Below, piece by piece: positions 22,001 to 45,296 of a stretch of DNA of 60,945 nucleotides (its first letter is position 1; each line of letters starts with the position of its first letter). Source of the stretch: a bacterium (GTDB taxonomy: Bacteria > Chloroflexota > Anaerolineae > Epilineales > Epilineaceae). Under the pieces are notes generated by a model. That model made no database searches, had not been told where the DNA came from, and saw only the letters and a program-made list of their open reading frames with translations. The stretch is taken from NCBI GenBank assembly GCA_003576755.1, contig QEVT01000006.1, positions 1 to 60,945 on the forward strand. The letters are read 5' to 3'. The position numbers and the translations under genes were made by a program.

Positions 22001-25000
22001 GGAGTCGGGCGACGCGGTCGGCGTCGGCGCCGGCCGCCACGCCACCTGGTAGAGCCGGTCGGCACCGGGCTCGCGGTCACCCGACCCGATGGCCTGGCGG
22101 TGGACGCGCTTGAGCCGCAGCCCTTCGATCGAGGCGACGACGGCGCCGGCGTCGTCCAGCACGCGCACGTCCGCCACCAGCGTCTCCGAGGTCAGGACCA
22201 TCGACTCCGCGTGCAGGCGCACGTGGCCCCAGGCCTGTGCGCCTCCCCCGGGCCGGACGTGATAGCGAGCGACGCTGAAGGGCACGTACACGTCGGGGGC
22301 GGCGCCGCGCGGCCGTGCCAGCCCGATGATCTGCGTGCAGGCATCGAGGAGGGCCGGATGGACGAGGTAGCTTCCCGCGTCCGGCTGGAGCGATGCCGGC
22401 AGGGCCAGACGGGACAGGGCCTCGCCGTCGCGGCGCCACAACGCCGTGATGCCCCGGAAGGCCGGTCCGTAGTGGACGCCGACGGACTCGAAGCCGGCAT
22501 AGTAGTCGGCGACCGACATCGGCTCGCCCCACGCATGGGGCGCCGCCAGCACGGCCGCGGGCAGGCCCGGCGGCTCCGGCGGCGACTCGAACACGATCGT
22601 GCCGCCCGCGTGGAGGCGCCAGGCCGGGTCGGGCGACGCGTCGGAGCTGAAGATCTCGAAGGTCGCCGAATCGTGCGCCGCCTCCGACAGGACGACCTGC
22701 AGCGTGCGGTGTTCCCGCTCCGGCAGCGTGAGCGCCTCGACGAGGTTGACGTCGGCCAACGCCGCCGGACGATCGCCGAACGCCTGCCGCGCCGCGACCA
22801 GGCCGAGCTCCAGCATGGCGGTGCCCGGGAGGAGCGGGCGGTCGAAGATGCGGTGCTCGTCCAGGTAGGCCGGTGCGTCCGCGCTCAGGTGCGACTCGAA
22901 GACGATCCGGTCCGCCTTCGGGGAGTGCAGGCGCACGCCCAACAGCGGATGCACGGCATCCGGCAGGGCGGGCGGGCCCCCGCGCCGCGCATCGCGCGGG
23001 GCGACGCGCGGCAGGTCGAACCAGTAGCGCTGGCGCTGGAAGGGGTAGGTCGGCGCGTCGACCCGCCGGCGCGGGCAGTCGCGGTCGAAGCCCGCCCAAT
23101 CGACGCCCACGCCTCGGACGTAGAGGCCGGCGAGGCTGTCGAGGATCGCCGCCCAATCATCCTTCCCTGGCCGGAGCGACGGCAGCCATGCCGCCTCGGC
23201 GTCGTCCGGCAGGCAGCGCCGACCCATGCCCGTGAGCGTCGGCTTGGGGCCGATCTCGACGAACGCGCGGATGCCGTCGGCGTGGAGCGATCGGATGCTT
23301 TGCGCGAAGCAGACCGGGGCACGGACGTGGCGGACCCAGTAGTCGGGCCCGGCGATCTCGTCGCCGGCCATCCGGCCGGTGACGTTGGAGACGATCCCGA
23401 CCTGTGGCGAGCGGTAGCGGACGGCGCGCGCGACGGCCTCGAACTCGGCCAGCATGGGCTCCATGAGCGGTGAGTGGAAAGCGTGCGAGACCGTCAGCGC
23501 CTGCGCCTTGACGCCGTCGGCCGCCAGCGCGGCCACGATCGCGTCGACGGCGTCGCTCGCGCCCGAGACCACCGTGTTGGCCGGTCCGTTGTACGCCGCG
23601 ATCGAGACGCGGTCGGCGTGGGGGGCGATGGCGGCCAGCACCTGCGCCTCGCCGGCGAACACCGCCGCCATCTTGCCGCCGGCCGGAAGGGCGCCCATCA
23701 GCCGCCCGCGCGCGGCGGCCAGGGCGAGGCCGTCGGCCAGATCGAACACGCCCGCGACGCACGCCGCCGCCAGCTCGCCCACGCTGTGCCCCATCACGAT
23801 GGCGGGGCGGACACCCCAGGCTTGCCACAGCTCGGCAAGCGCACATTCGATCGCGAACAGGGCTGGCTGGGTGTAGGTCGTGTCGTCGATCGGCGAGGCG
23901 GTGCCGACCGGCGGGTAGAGCACGTCGAGCAGCGGGAGAGCGAGGTGCGGCGCCGCGAGGTCGGCGCAGCGGTCGAGCGCCGCCCGGAACGTGGGCTGCG
24001 TCTCGTAGAGCTGGCGCGCCATCCCGGCGAACTGCGCGCCTTGGCCGGTGAAGAGGAATGCCACCTCCGGCGCGTCGCCGCCGGCGAGGACGCCGGACTG
24101 GACGTTGGCGGGATGCGTGCCCCCCAGCCAGGCGGCGAGGGCGGCGCGCATGTCGCCCGCCGTGGCGCCGATGGCCGACAGGCGATGGGTGAAGTGCGTG
24201 CGTCCGGCGTTGGCGGTGGCGCACACGTCGGCCAGATCGGCGTCGGCCAGGGTGGACAGGTGCTCGGCGTAGCGCTCGCCGAGGCGGTGCAGCGCCGCGT
24301 CGCTCTTGGCCGAGAGGCAGAGGATGTGCCGCGGCCGGTTGACCGCCGGCATGCAGCCGTTGGCGTGGTCCCGCTGCCGGGCATCGGCTGGCGACACGGC
24401 TGGCGTCGTGCCCGTCGACACCTCCGGCGTCACGGGCGGCGCCTCGCCGAGGATCACGTGGACGTTGGTCCCGCTGAAGCCGAAGGCGCTCATCCCGGCC
24501 ACGCGCGGTGCGCCGTCCGGCGTCCGCCACGGCGTCGGCGCCGTCGGGACGATCACCGGCAGCGTGGACCATGGGATCAGCGGGTTCGGGGTGCGCAGGT
24601 GCAGGTGCGGCGGGATCTCGCCGTGGGTGAGCGCGAGGACGACCTTGATCAGCCCGACGACGCCGGCGGTCGACTCCAGGTGCCCGACGTTGGTCTTGAC
24701 CGAGGTCACGTACAGCGGGTTGTCCGCCCCGCGGGCCGCCGCGTACACCTTGGCGATCGCCCCCATCTCGATCGGGTCACCCAGCGCCGTCCCGGTGCCG
24801 TGGGTTTCGATGTGGCTGACGGCGTCAGGCGCGACGCCGGCGTTGCCCAGGGCGGCGCGCAGCACCTCTTCCTGCGCCAGGGCGTTCGGGGCGGTCAGCC
24901 CGTTGCTGCGGCCGTCCTGGTTGGCCGCCGAGCCGAAGATGACGCCCAGGATCCGATCGCCGTCGGCCCGCGCGTCGCGCAGGCGCTTGAGCACGATCAG

Positions 25001-25830
25001 GCCGCAGCCTTCGCCCCGCACGTAGCCGTCCGCCGAGGCATCGAACGTCTTGCAGCGGCCGTCGAACGACATCATCCGCAGGCGGGACGTGACGACCGCG
25101 CCGTCGGGCAGGAGGTTGAGGCTCACCCCGCCGGCGAGCGCCAGATCGCACTCGCCGCCGCGCAGGCTCTGGCAGGCCAGATGGACGGCCATGAGCGACG
25201 ACGAGCAGGCGGTGTCGACCGACAGCGCGGGGCCGCGCAGGCCGAGGGTGTACGCGATGCGCCCGGCCGCGACGCTCGGCGCCGTGCCGGTGCCGAAGTA
25301 GATGTCCACCGACGACAGGTCGCCGAACAGGTTCGGCAGATGACCGTAGTCGGTGCCCGACATGCCGATGAAGACGCCACCCAGGCTGCCGGCCAGGCTC
25401 CCGGGTGCGATGCCCGCATGCTCCAGGGCTTCCCAGGCCACCTCCAGGAGGAGCCGCTGCTGCGGGTCCATGCTGGCCGCCTCGCGCGGCGAGATACCGA
25501 AGAACTGCGGGTCGAACAGGTCGGCATCGCGGATGAAGCCTCCCCAACGCGTATAGGCCTTGCCGGGCGTGTCCGGGTCCGGATCGTAGTACGCGTCCAC
25601 GTCCCACCGCTCCGGCGGAACCTCGGTCACCGCGTCCACGCCGTCGTGAAGGAGCCGCCAGAACGCCGCCGGGTTGTCCGCCCCTCCCGGGAACCGGCAG
25701 CCCAGCCCCAGGATGGCGATCGGCTCGCGGTGCGACCGGCGCAACGCCTCGACCTCGCCCTGCATGGCCTCGACCCGGGCAACGGCCCACGCGAGCTGTG
25801 ACTGTCCGTTGGTGTGCTGCGAATGTTGGC

Positions 25831-25834
<4 letters not shown>
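19055..25834 (-). CDS. Type I PKS, module F: KS-AT(malonyl-type)-DH-ER-KR-ACP
   Basis: ATGA overlap with gene E at 25831-25834. The KS has [13 protein letters not shown] and [12 protein letters not shown]. The AT has GHSVGE and HAFH. The DH has HPLLG...[11 protein letters not shown] (G to D variant) and [10 protein letters not shown]. The ER has [13 protein letters not shown]. The KR has [16 protein letters not shown] and GQGNYAAAN. The ACP has [10 protein letters not shown]. Confidence 0.95.
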
Positions 25835-32079
<6,245 letters not shown>

Positions 32080-32085
32080 GGTCGT

Positions 32086-32092
32086 CCTCCTT
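32086..32092 (-). promoter_or_regulatory. Shine-Dalgarno AAGGAGG for gene E, in the only sizeable intergenic gap of the operon (32080-32175)
   Basis: The minus-strand sequence is GTGAAGGAGGACGACC-ATG, with a 6-nt spacer to ATG 32079. Confidence 0.7.
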
Positions 32093-32175
32093 CACCCGGG
32101 CGCCCGGCGCCATGGCGCCGCGCATCCATCCGCTCCGTCGGGCTCCCGGCGCCTTCGCACCGACCCTCCCTCCGT

Positions 32176-35100
32176 TCATTCCGACCTCCCCAGCCCGAGC
32201 CGACGGTCGACCTCGTCGTCCGGCAGCGCCGCGATGGCGGCCACGAGGTCGTCCGTCGCCGCGGCCGCCGTGCCGGGCGGCGCGCCGCGGTCGGGACCGT
32301 TGCCGGCCTGCGGCATGACGGTCGGCGTCGCCGCGGTCGGATTCGACGCAGCCGGTAGCTCGCGCGCGAGCCGCACGGCCAACGCTTCCAGCGTCGGGTG
32401 GTCCAGCACCACCGTCGCCGGGAGCGGCTGCGCCAGTGCCAGGCCGGTGGCGAGCCGGTTGCGCAGCTCGACGGCCATCAGCGAATCCAGACCGAGGTCG
32501 TGCAGCGGCCGGCGCGGGTCGACGGCCTCGTCCGCCGCCAGGCCGAGCACGCGGACGGCATGCCCGGTGACGAAGTCCAGGAGCAGCGTGTGCCGCAGCG
32601 TCGGCGGCGCCTCGGCCAGTTTCTCCCGGATGTCGACCGCGGCCTGGGGCGCCGCCGCGGGCGCGGCGGCCGCGGCGCCTGCGGATGCCGCCGCAGGCGC
32701 CGACGGCGACCGCCCATCGGTGCCGGCACCCGCGGCCCGCGACCGGACCTCCCCTGCCACTTCGGACAGCCACGACGGGAGCTGGCCGCCCTCCAGCCCG
32801 TCCCGAACGCGCGCCCAGTCGACCGGCGACACCAGGACCTGGGCCGGATCGCGGCGCAGGACCTCGCCCAGCGCTTCGAGGCCGCGCGCCGGGGCGATGA
32901 CGCCGAAGCCTCGGGCGTGGATGCTCGCGTCGACGCCACGGTCCGCCGCGGCGCCGATCTCCGACCAGGCGCCCCAGTCGATGCTCGTCGCCGGCAGGCC
33001 GCGCCCGCGGCGATGGTGCGCCAGGGCGTCGAGGAACGCGTTGGCCGCGGCGTGGTTCGCTTGACCGGCGGAGCCGAACACACCGGCGGCGGACGCGAAG
33101 AGCACGAACACGTCGAGATCGTGCCGCCGCGTCAGCACGTGCAGGTGCCAGGCCCCGTCGACCTTGGGCGCCAGGACGGCCGCGAAGCGGGTCCAGTCGA
33201 GCCGCCCGATCACGCCGTCGTCGAGGACGCCCGCCGCATGGATGACCCCGCGCAGCGGCGCCGGGCCGGCGTCGATCGCGGCGAGGATCTCGGACAACCG
33301 CCCGGCGTCGGCGACGTCGCCCGTGGCGACGACGACCCGGGCGCCGCCGGCCTCGATGGCGGCGATCCGGGCTTGCGCGGATGCGGGCGGCGGACGCCGG
33401 CCGACGAGCACGAGATGACCCGCGCCGCGAGCGGCCATCCACTCCGCCACGGCCAGACCGAGACCGCCAAGCCCGCCGGTGACGAGGTAGCAGCCGTCGG
33501 CGCGGAACCCGCCCTTCGCCGGCGACCCGTCGCCGGCCGGCGTCGCGTCAGCCTCGTCCACCAGCACGACCTTGCCGATATGGCGGGCCTGGGCCATGAA
33601 GCGAAACGCGTCGGGCGCCGCGGCGAAGGGGAAGCAGCGGCGCGGGAGCGGCGCAAGCGTGCCGGCGCGCACGTCGGCGACGAGGGCGTGGAACATCGCC
33701 CGGACCTGCGCGGGGTCGACCGCCATCCGCGCCGCGAGGTCGACGACGTGGTAGCGGGCGCGGGGCTTGACGGCCGCCACCCGCGCCGCGTCCCAGATGT
33801 CGCGCTTGCCGATCTCGACGAACCGGCCGTCGTCGGCCAGGGCGCGCAGGCTGGCGGGGATGAAGTCGCCGGCGAGGTGGTTGAGCACGACGTCGACCCC
33901 GCGGCCGCCGGTCAGGCGCAGGGCTTCGTCGGCGAAGCCCAGGCTGCGCGAGTCCAGGACGTGGCGGATGCCGATCGATGCCAGATAGGACCGCTTCTCA
34001 GGGCTGCCGGCGGTGGCGATGATCTCGGCGCCGATGCGCTGGGCGATCTGCACCGCCGCTTGACCGACGCCGCCGGCCGCGGCGTGGATCAACACGGTCT
34101 CGCCCCGGGCCAGACGGGCGACCTGCCGGAGCGCGAGGTCGGCCGTCAGGAAGGCCATGGGCAGGGTCGCGCCGGCGCCGAGATCGACCTCCGCCGGCAG
34201 GTGCGCCACGTCCTCGGCCGGCGCGACGGCGTACGTCCCCAAGCTGCCCAAGGCGATGGCGACCACGCGATCACCCACCCGGAAGCCGTCGACCCCCGCG
34301 CCGACCGCCGCGACGTGTCCCGCGCACTCGGTGCCCAGCGGGTCGGGATCGCGGCGCATGGCCAGCGCGTTGAGCACGTCGCGGAAGTTGAGCCCGGCCG
34401 CCCGGACGCGGATCTCGACCTCGCCCGGCCCCGGCTCCCGCCGTTCGGCGGGGGTCCAGCGGATGCCGTCGAGCACGCCGCCGCCGTCGGCCACGAGGCG
34501 CACCAGGGGCGGGCCGCCGCGCGGCGCCGCTGGCGTCGCCGAGGCGACGGCTGCGGTCCCGGCGGGGTCCAACCGCGCGAGCCGGGCCTGGTAGCGGATC
34601 CCGTGGCGATGGGCGACGCCGTCCTCGCCGTCGGTGCCGCGGAACCCGGTCATCCCGGTGGCGGCCATCAGGATCTCGGCCAGGAGCATCTCGGCCTGCG
34701 CGTCGATCGCGGCCGCCGGGTCGAGGTCGACCCGCACGCAACCCAGCTCGGGGTGCTCCAGGCCGATCACCCGGCCGAGCCCCCACAGCGGCGCCTGGTT
34801 GAAGCCGCTCGCCCCGTGACCGCGCTCCACGGCGTCGGCGATCTCTGCCGCGCCGTCGCGACGCCCCGCGTCGTCGCGGTTCGCGCCGTCGACCGCCCAC
34901 GCCGTCCATGCCCCGCGCGTCGCCAGCCAGAGCATCGGCGCCCGGTCGAGGTCGGCGGCGGCCAGCGCCTGGACAAGGTGCAGCGCGCCGCCGACGCCGG
35001 CCCGCATGGCCGGCTCGAGCGTGGATGGCGCATCTTCGGCGGGCACGGGCATGTCGAGGCCCCACAGGTACACCACGCCGTGGATCTCGCGCGCATCGCC

Positions 35101-38100
35101 GGCGGCCGCCCGGACTGCGGCGGCGAGGTCCGCCGGCCGTGTCGGGTCTGCCCGCCACGGATCCTCGCCCCCGACATTCGCGCCGGACCCCGCCTCGACC
35201 AGCCGGGCCGTGGCGCCGTGCGCGGCAAGCCCGTCGGCCAGCCGCCGTCCGATGCCACCGGCGTCGGCGAAGATCACCCAGGTGCCGCCGACAGCGGCCC
35301 GCGGCGCTTGGGCGATCACCAGCGCCTGACGCGAGGCGCCCGACGGGTCGACCAGCGCCGCCGCCCCGTCGAACCCCGATGCGGTCAGCAGCGCGCGCCA
35401 GGCGTCGGCGTCGATCAACGGGCCGGCGCGGCGCCGGTCGGTGTCGGCATAGCGCCACCAGCCGTCGGTCAGGCCGAACGTGATGTCGATCCACCGCTCC
35501 GGCGCCGTCGCCTCGAGCAGCACGAGCGACCCGCCAGGCGCGAGCAGGTCGCGGGCGTGGGTCACCGCTCGGCTCAGGTCGGCCGTGGCGTGGAGCACGT
35601 TGGCGGCAAGCACCACGTCGTAGCCGCCGACCGCGACGCCCTGGGCGCCGGGCGGACGCTCGATGTCGAGGGTGCGGAAGTCGACGAACGGATAGGCGCC
35701 GAACGCAGAGCGGCCTTGGTCCACCAGGTGCGCGGAGATGTCGGTGAACGTGTAGCGCACCCGGTCCACGTCGAGGCGCTCCAACACGTAGCGGGTCGTC
35801 CCGCCCGTGCCCGCGCCGATCTCGATGATGCGCAGCGGGGTGCCCGCCGGCCGCCGGTGGACCGCGGCCGCGACGACCAGGGCGATCGCTTCGGCGACGA
35901 GCGTCTGAAACACGCGTGCTTCCGGCGTGTCGGTGTACAGCCGCGCCGTCCCTTCGACGGTGCCGGCGGGAAAGAGCAGCGCCAGCGGATCCTCCGTGCC
36001 CGTCAGCACCTCCGCCAACCGCGCCCCGCAGCGGGCGGTCACGTCGATCAGCGGCGACGATGCGGGATAGGCGGCCCTCAGCGTCGCCAGCGCCGTGTCC
36101 GGATCGACGTCGGGCGTCCGGATCGCCCCGCCGACCGCCTGTCCATCGCCGGCGATGCCGTTCACGGGCGCCGCGGTCCCGTCGCGCCCGTCGCGCGCGT
36201 CGAAGCCGCCGCCACCGCCGTCGGGTTCACGCCGCGCGCCCGCCGCACACTCGCGCTCGTCTGCGGCCAGGCCCGCGAGCAGCCGCTCGACCAGCCGCCG
36301 GTAACGCGGCTGGATGCCGAGCCGCTCGACCAGCCGATCGGCCGTCGTCGCCTCGTCCGGCCGCGGAACCCAGCCCAGCCGCGCGAACGCCCGGCGCACG
36401 TAGACCGCGACGACCGTGCCGAGATGCTCGACGAGATCGCGGTGGGCGTCGAGGCCGTGCTCGGCGGCCAAGGTCGACAGCCGCGGCGCGAGTCGGCCGG
36501 CCAGGTCGATCGGATCTACGGAGGTCGGCGATGCTGCGGCGGCGACCTCCGCCGCCGCGGGCGGCGCCAGACGCCAGGCGATGGTGTACAGCCAGTCGGG
36601 GATGGCTTCGGGCATCGCGCCGGCCCGGGGCGCGCGTGAGCTGCGGACGAGCTGCAGGCCGGTGATCGTGGCGATGGGGCTTCCCCGCGCGTCCAGGATC
36701 GTGACGTCCGAGGTCAGGCTGGCCGGAGCGGGCACGATGTCCTCGATCGGGGCGCCGCCGACCGAGGTGGCGGGCCCTTCCTGCAGCCCGCGACGCGGCG
36801 CCGCGTCGGGCGCGCGCAGCCGCACGTGGCACAGCACCTCGGCCTCGGGCGCGCGGAGCACGCGGATGCGGTCGACGGCCAGCGGGAAGTAGGGCGTGGC
36901 ATCGTGGGGCTCGCGCGGGAGCGCGGCAGCGACGACCTGCAGGCAAGCGTCGAGCCACGCGGGGTGGATGCGGTAGCGGTCTGCCTCGCCGGCCACGGCC
37001 TCCGTCAACCGAACCTGCCCCAGTGCCTCGCCGTCGCGCCGGCGGATGTCGACGACGCCGTGCAGGCTGGGCCCGAAGTCCAGGCCGCGCGAGCGCAGTT
37101 GCGCCCGGTGCGCCGCGGCCGTGACCCCCTCGCGGCACCGCGAGCGGATGTCGTCCAGAGGGGCGAACGCCGAAGCCGCCGCAGGGTCCTGACCGTCCGA
37201 CGGGCCTGCGACCGCCCGCGCCGTCGCGTGCAGCGTCCAACCTTCGTCAGATCCGACATCGACGCGCCGCGCGAAGACACGCACCGTCCGCGTCGCGCCA
37301 CCGGCGTCGACGACGATCGTCTGAACCTGGCAAGCGGCTTCCGCCGCGGGTCGAGCCCCCGTCGGGCCCTCGAAGGCCAGCGGGGCGTGGATCACCAGGT
37401 CTTCGACCGCCCAGCGTGCGCCCGGGTCGACCTGCTCGGCAGCGGCGAGGACCAGCTCGACGAAGGCCGCCGCCGGCAGGATGGGGCGCCCGTTCACCCG
37501 ATGGTCGGCGATGTACGGCAGCGCCGCGGCGTCGAGGCGTGACACGAACTGTCGCTCCGCCAGGGGCGAGGCGAGCCGTGTGCCCAGGAGCGGGTGCCCG
37601 GCGGGTCGATCGGCCGCACGACTCCCGCGACCGTTCGCCGTGATGGCTGGACGCGCGTCGGCCTGTGCCGCGACCGTCGCGCGACCGTGGTCGAACCAAT
37701 GGCGGGTGCGCTGGAACGGGTAGGTCGGCAGCGCCACGCGGCGGCGGAGGGCCCCGCGGTCCAACCCCTCCCACACCACCGGCGCCCCGCGGACCCAGAG
37801 CGCGCCGAGCGCGGCCTGGAACGTCTGCCAGCCGTCGCGGTCGCGCCGCAGAGAAGGCAGCCACAGCGCTTGAGCGTTCGGCAGACAGCGCCGCCCCATC
37901 CCGAGCAGCACCGGATGCGGGCCGATCTCGACGAAGGCGTCGATCCCGGCCCCGGATAGCGCCGCCATGCCGTCGGCGAAGCGCACCGGCGCCCGGGCCT
38001 GGTTGCGCCAGTAGGCGCCGGAGCCGATCTCGGCGAGCCCGACGGCGGTGCCGGTCACGAGGCTGATCAGCGAGATGGCCGGCGGCTTCCAGGCGACTTC

Positions 38101-40454
38101 CGACGCGACCCCTTCGATCCCACCCAGGATGGGGTCCATCAGCGGCGAGTGGAAGGCGTGCGAGACGTTCAGGCGCTGCACGGCGATCCCCTGGCGCTCG
38201 AGGTCGCGGCATGCCGCGTCGACGGCGGCGGTCCGGCCGGAGATCACGGACTCAGCCGGCCCGTTGACGGCCGCGATGGCCACGTCCGCCGCGTAGGGGG
38301 CGATCAGCGCCCGCACCCGCGCCTCGTCGGCGCGCACGGCGACCATGTCCCCGTCGCGTGGCAGTCCGCCCATCAGCCGGCCACGGGCGGCGGCCAGCCG
38401 CAGCCCGTCCTCGACGTCGATGGCCCCGGCGGCGCACGCGGCCGCCAGCTCGCCCAGGCTGTGGCCGAGCACGGCGTCCGGCACGATCCCGCACGCCCGC
38501 CAGAGCGCGACCAGGCCGTAGGCGATGGCGAACAGGGCGGGCTGGGTGTAGGTCGTGTCGTCGATCGCCGGCCGCCCGTCGCCCGCGGCGCCGTCGCTCG
38601 TTCCGCGGGCCCGTTCGGGGTAGAGCACCTCGAGGAGCGGGCGATCGATCTCCGACCGCAGGCCGGCGTCGCAGCGCTCGATCGCCCGGCGGAACGTCGG
38701 CTCGGTCTCGAAGAGCTGGCGGGCCATGTCGACGTGCTGGGCGCCTTGACCGGTGAACAGGAACGCGATGCGCGGGGGGTCGCCGCCGTCGACCGCGCCG
38801 CGCGTCGCGCCTTCCGGCGTCCGGCCCGCGGCGATCGACCGGAGGGCGGCCACGGCCGCGTCGGCGGTCGCGAACACGACGGCGGCGCGGTGGCCGAGGT
38901 GCGCTCGGCCGGCGTTGGCGGTGAAGCAGACGTCGTCCAGCGGCGTCGAGGGATCCGCCGACAGCCGACCGGCGTAGCGCTCGGCCAACGCACCGACCGC
39001 AGCCTCGGTGGCGGCGGACAGGCAGAGGACGCGGTGCGGGCGGGGCGCCGCGGATGGGCCGGCCGGCGGCGGCGCCTCCAGGACGACATGTGCGTTGGTG
39101 CCGCTGAACCCGAACGCGCTGACGCCCGCGATGCGCGGCGCGCCGGCCGGCCAGGGCGTGAGCGTGGTCGGGATCGTCACGGGCAGGCGGGCCCACGGGA
39201 CGTGGGGATTGGGCGCGGTGAGGTGCAGGTGAGGCGGCAGCTCGCCCCGCGCGACCGACAGGGCCGCCTTGACGAGCCCCGCGATCCCGGCGGCGGCTTC
39301 GAGATGCCCGAGGTTGGTCTTGACCGAGCCGATGTGGATCAGCCGATCGGGCGGGCGGTCCACGTCGAGCGCCGCCGCCAGGGCCTGGACCTCCAGCGGG
39401 TCGCCCAGCGCCGTGCCGGTGCCGTGCGTCTCGACGAACGTCACGTCGGCCGGCGCGACGCCGCCGTCGCGCAGCGCCGCGCGGATCACCGCCGTCTGCG
39501 CCGGGCCGTTGGGCACGGTCAGGCCGCTGGAGGGGCCGTCCTGGTTGACGGCCGTCCCGCGGATCAGCGCCACGATGGGGTCGCGCGCAGCGGCGGCGTC
39601 CGACAGGCGCTTGAGGACGACCAGCGCCGCGCCCTCGCCGCGCACGAAGCCGTCGGCCCGTGCGTCGAAGGCCTTGCAACGGCCGTCGGGCGCCAGCATG
39701 CGCAGCTTGGACAGCGCGATCGTCGTCTCCGGTGCGAGCATCAGGTTGACACCGCCGGCAAGCGCCAGGTCGCACTCGCCCCGCCGGAGGCTCTGGACGG
39801 CCAGGTGGACGGCGACGAGCGAGGACGAGCAGGCGGTGTCGATGGACATGCTGGGACCCTGCAGGCCCAGGATGTAGGAAACGCGGCCGGACGCCATGCT
39901 GTGGGCGTTTCCGGACCCGAAATACGGGTCGATGTGGCCGGCCGAGCCGCCGCGGGCTTGAAGCTGGGCGTAGTCGCCCGTGACGATGCCGACGAAGACC
40001 CCGGTCCGCGAGCCGCTGAGGCGGTCGGGCGCCTGACCGGCGCTCTCGAGCGCCTGCCAGGCGAGCTCGAGGATCAGGCGCTGCTGGGGGTCCATGCCGG
40101 CCGCCTCGCGCGGGGCGATCCCGAACAGCCGCGCGTCGAACCGATCGACCCCGTCGATCCACGCCCCCCACCGCGACGCCATCTTGCCCGGGGCGTCGGG
40201 ATCGGGGTCGTACAGGGCCTCGATGTCCCAGCGATCGGCCGGGACCTCGGCGACGGCATCGACGCCCTCGCGCAGCAGGTTCCAGTACGCGTCCGGGTCG
40301 CCCGCGCCGCCCGGCAGGCGACAGCCGATGCCGACGATGGCGATCGGCTCGTGCCGCGCGCTCTCGACGGCGTCCAGGCGCGCCTGCAGCCGGTCGAGCG
40401 CCTGGTAGGCCTGCTTGAGCGGCGAGAGCTGCGCCGCCGCGTCGTGGGCCTGGC

Positions 40455-40458
<4 letters not shown>
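32176..40458 (-). CDS. Type I PKS, module D: KS-AT(malonyl-type)-DH-cMT-ER-KR-ACP
   Basis: ATGA overlap with gene C at 40455-40458. The KS has [13 protein letters not shown] and KTNLGHLEAAAG. The AT has GHSLGE and HAFH. The DH has HPLLG...DHRVNGRPILP and HPAWLDACLQ. The cMT has RIIEIGAGTGGTT and GLTDGWWRYAD. The ER has [13 protein letters not shown]. The KR has [16 protein letters not shown] and GQANHAAAN (His). The ACP has LGLDSLMAVEL. Confidence 0.95.
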
Positions 40459-45292
<4,834 letters not shown>

Positions 45293-45296
<4 letters not shown>
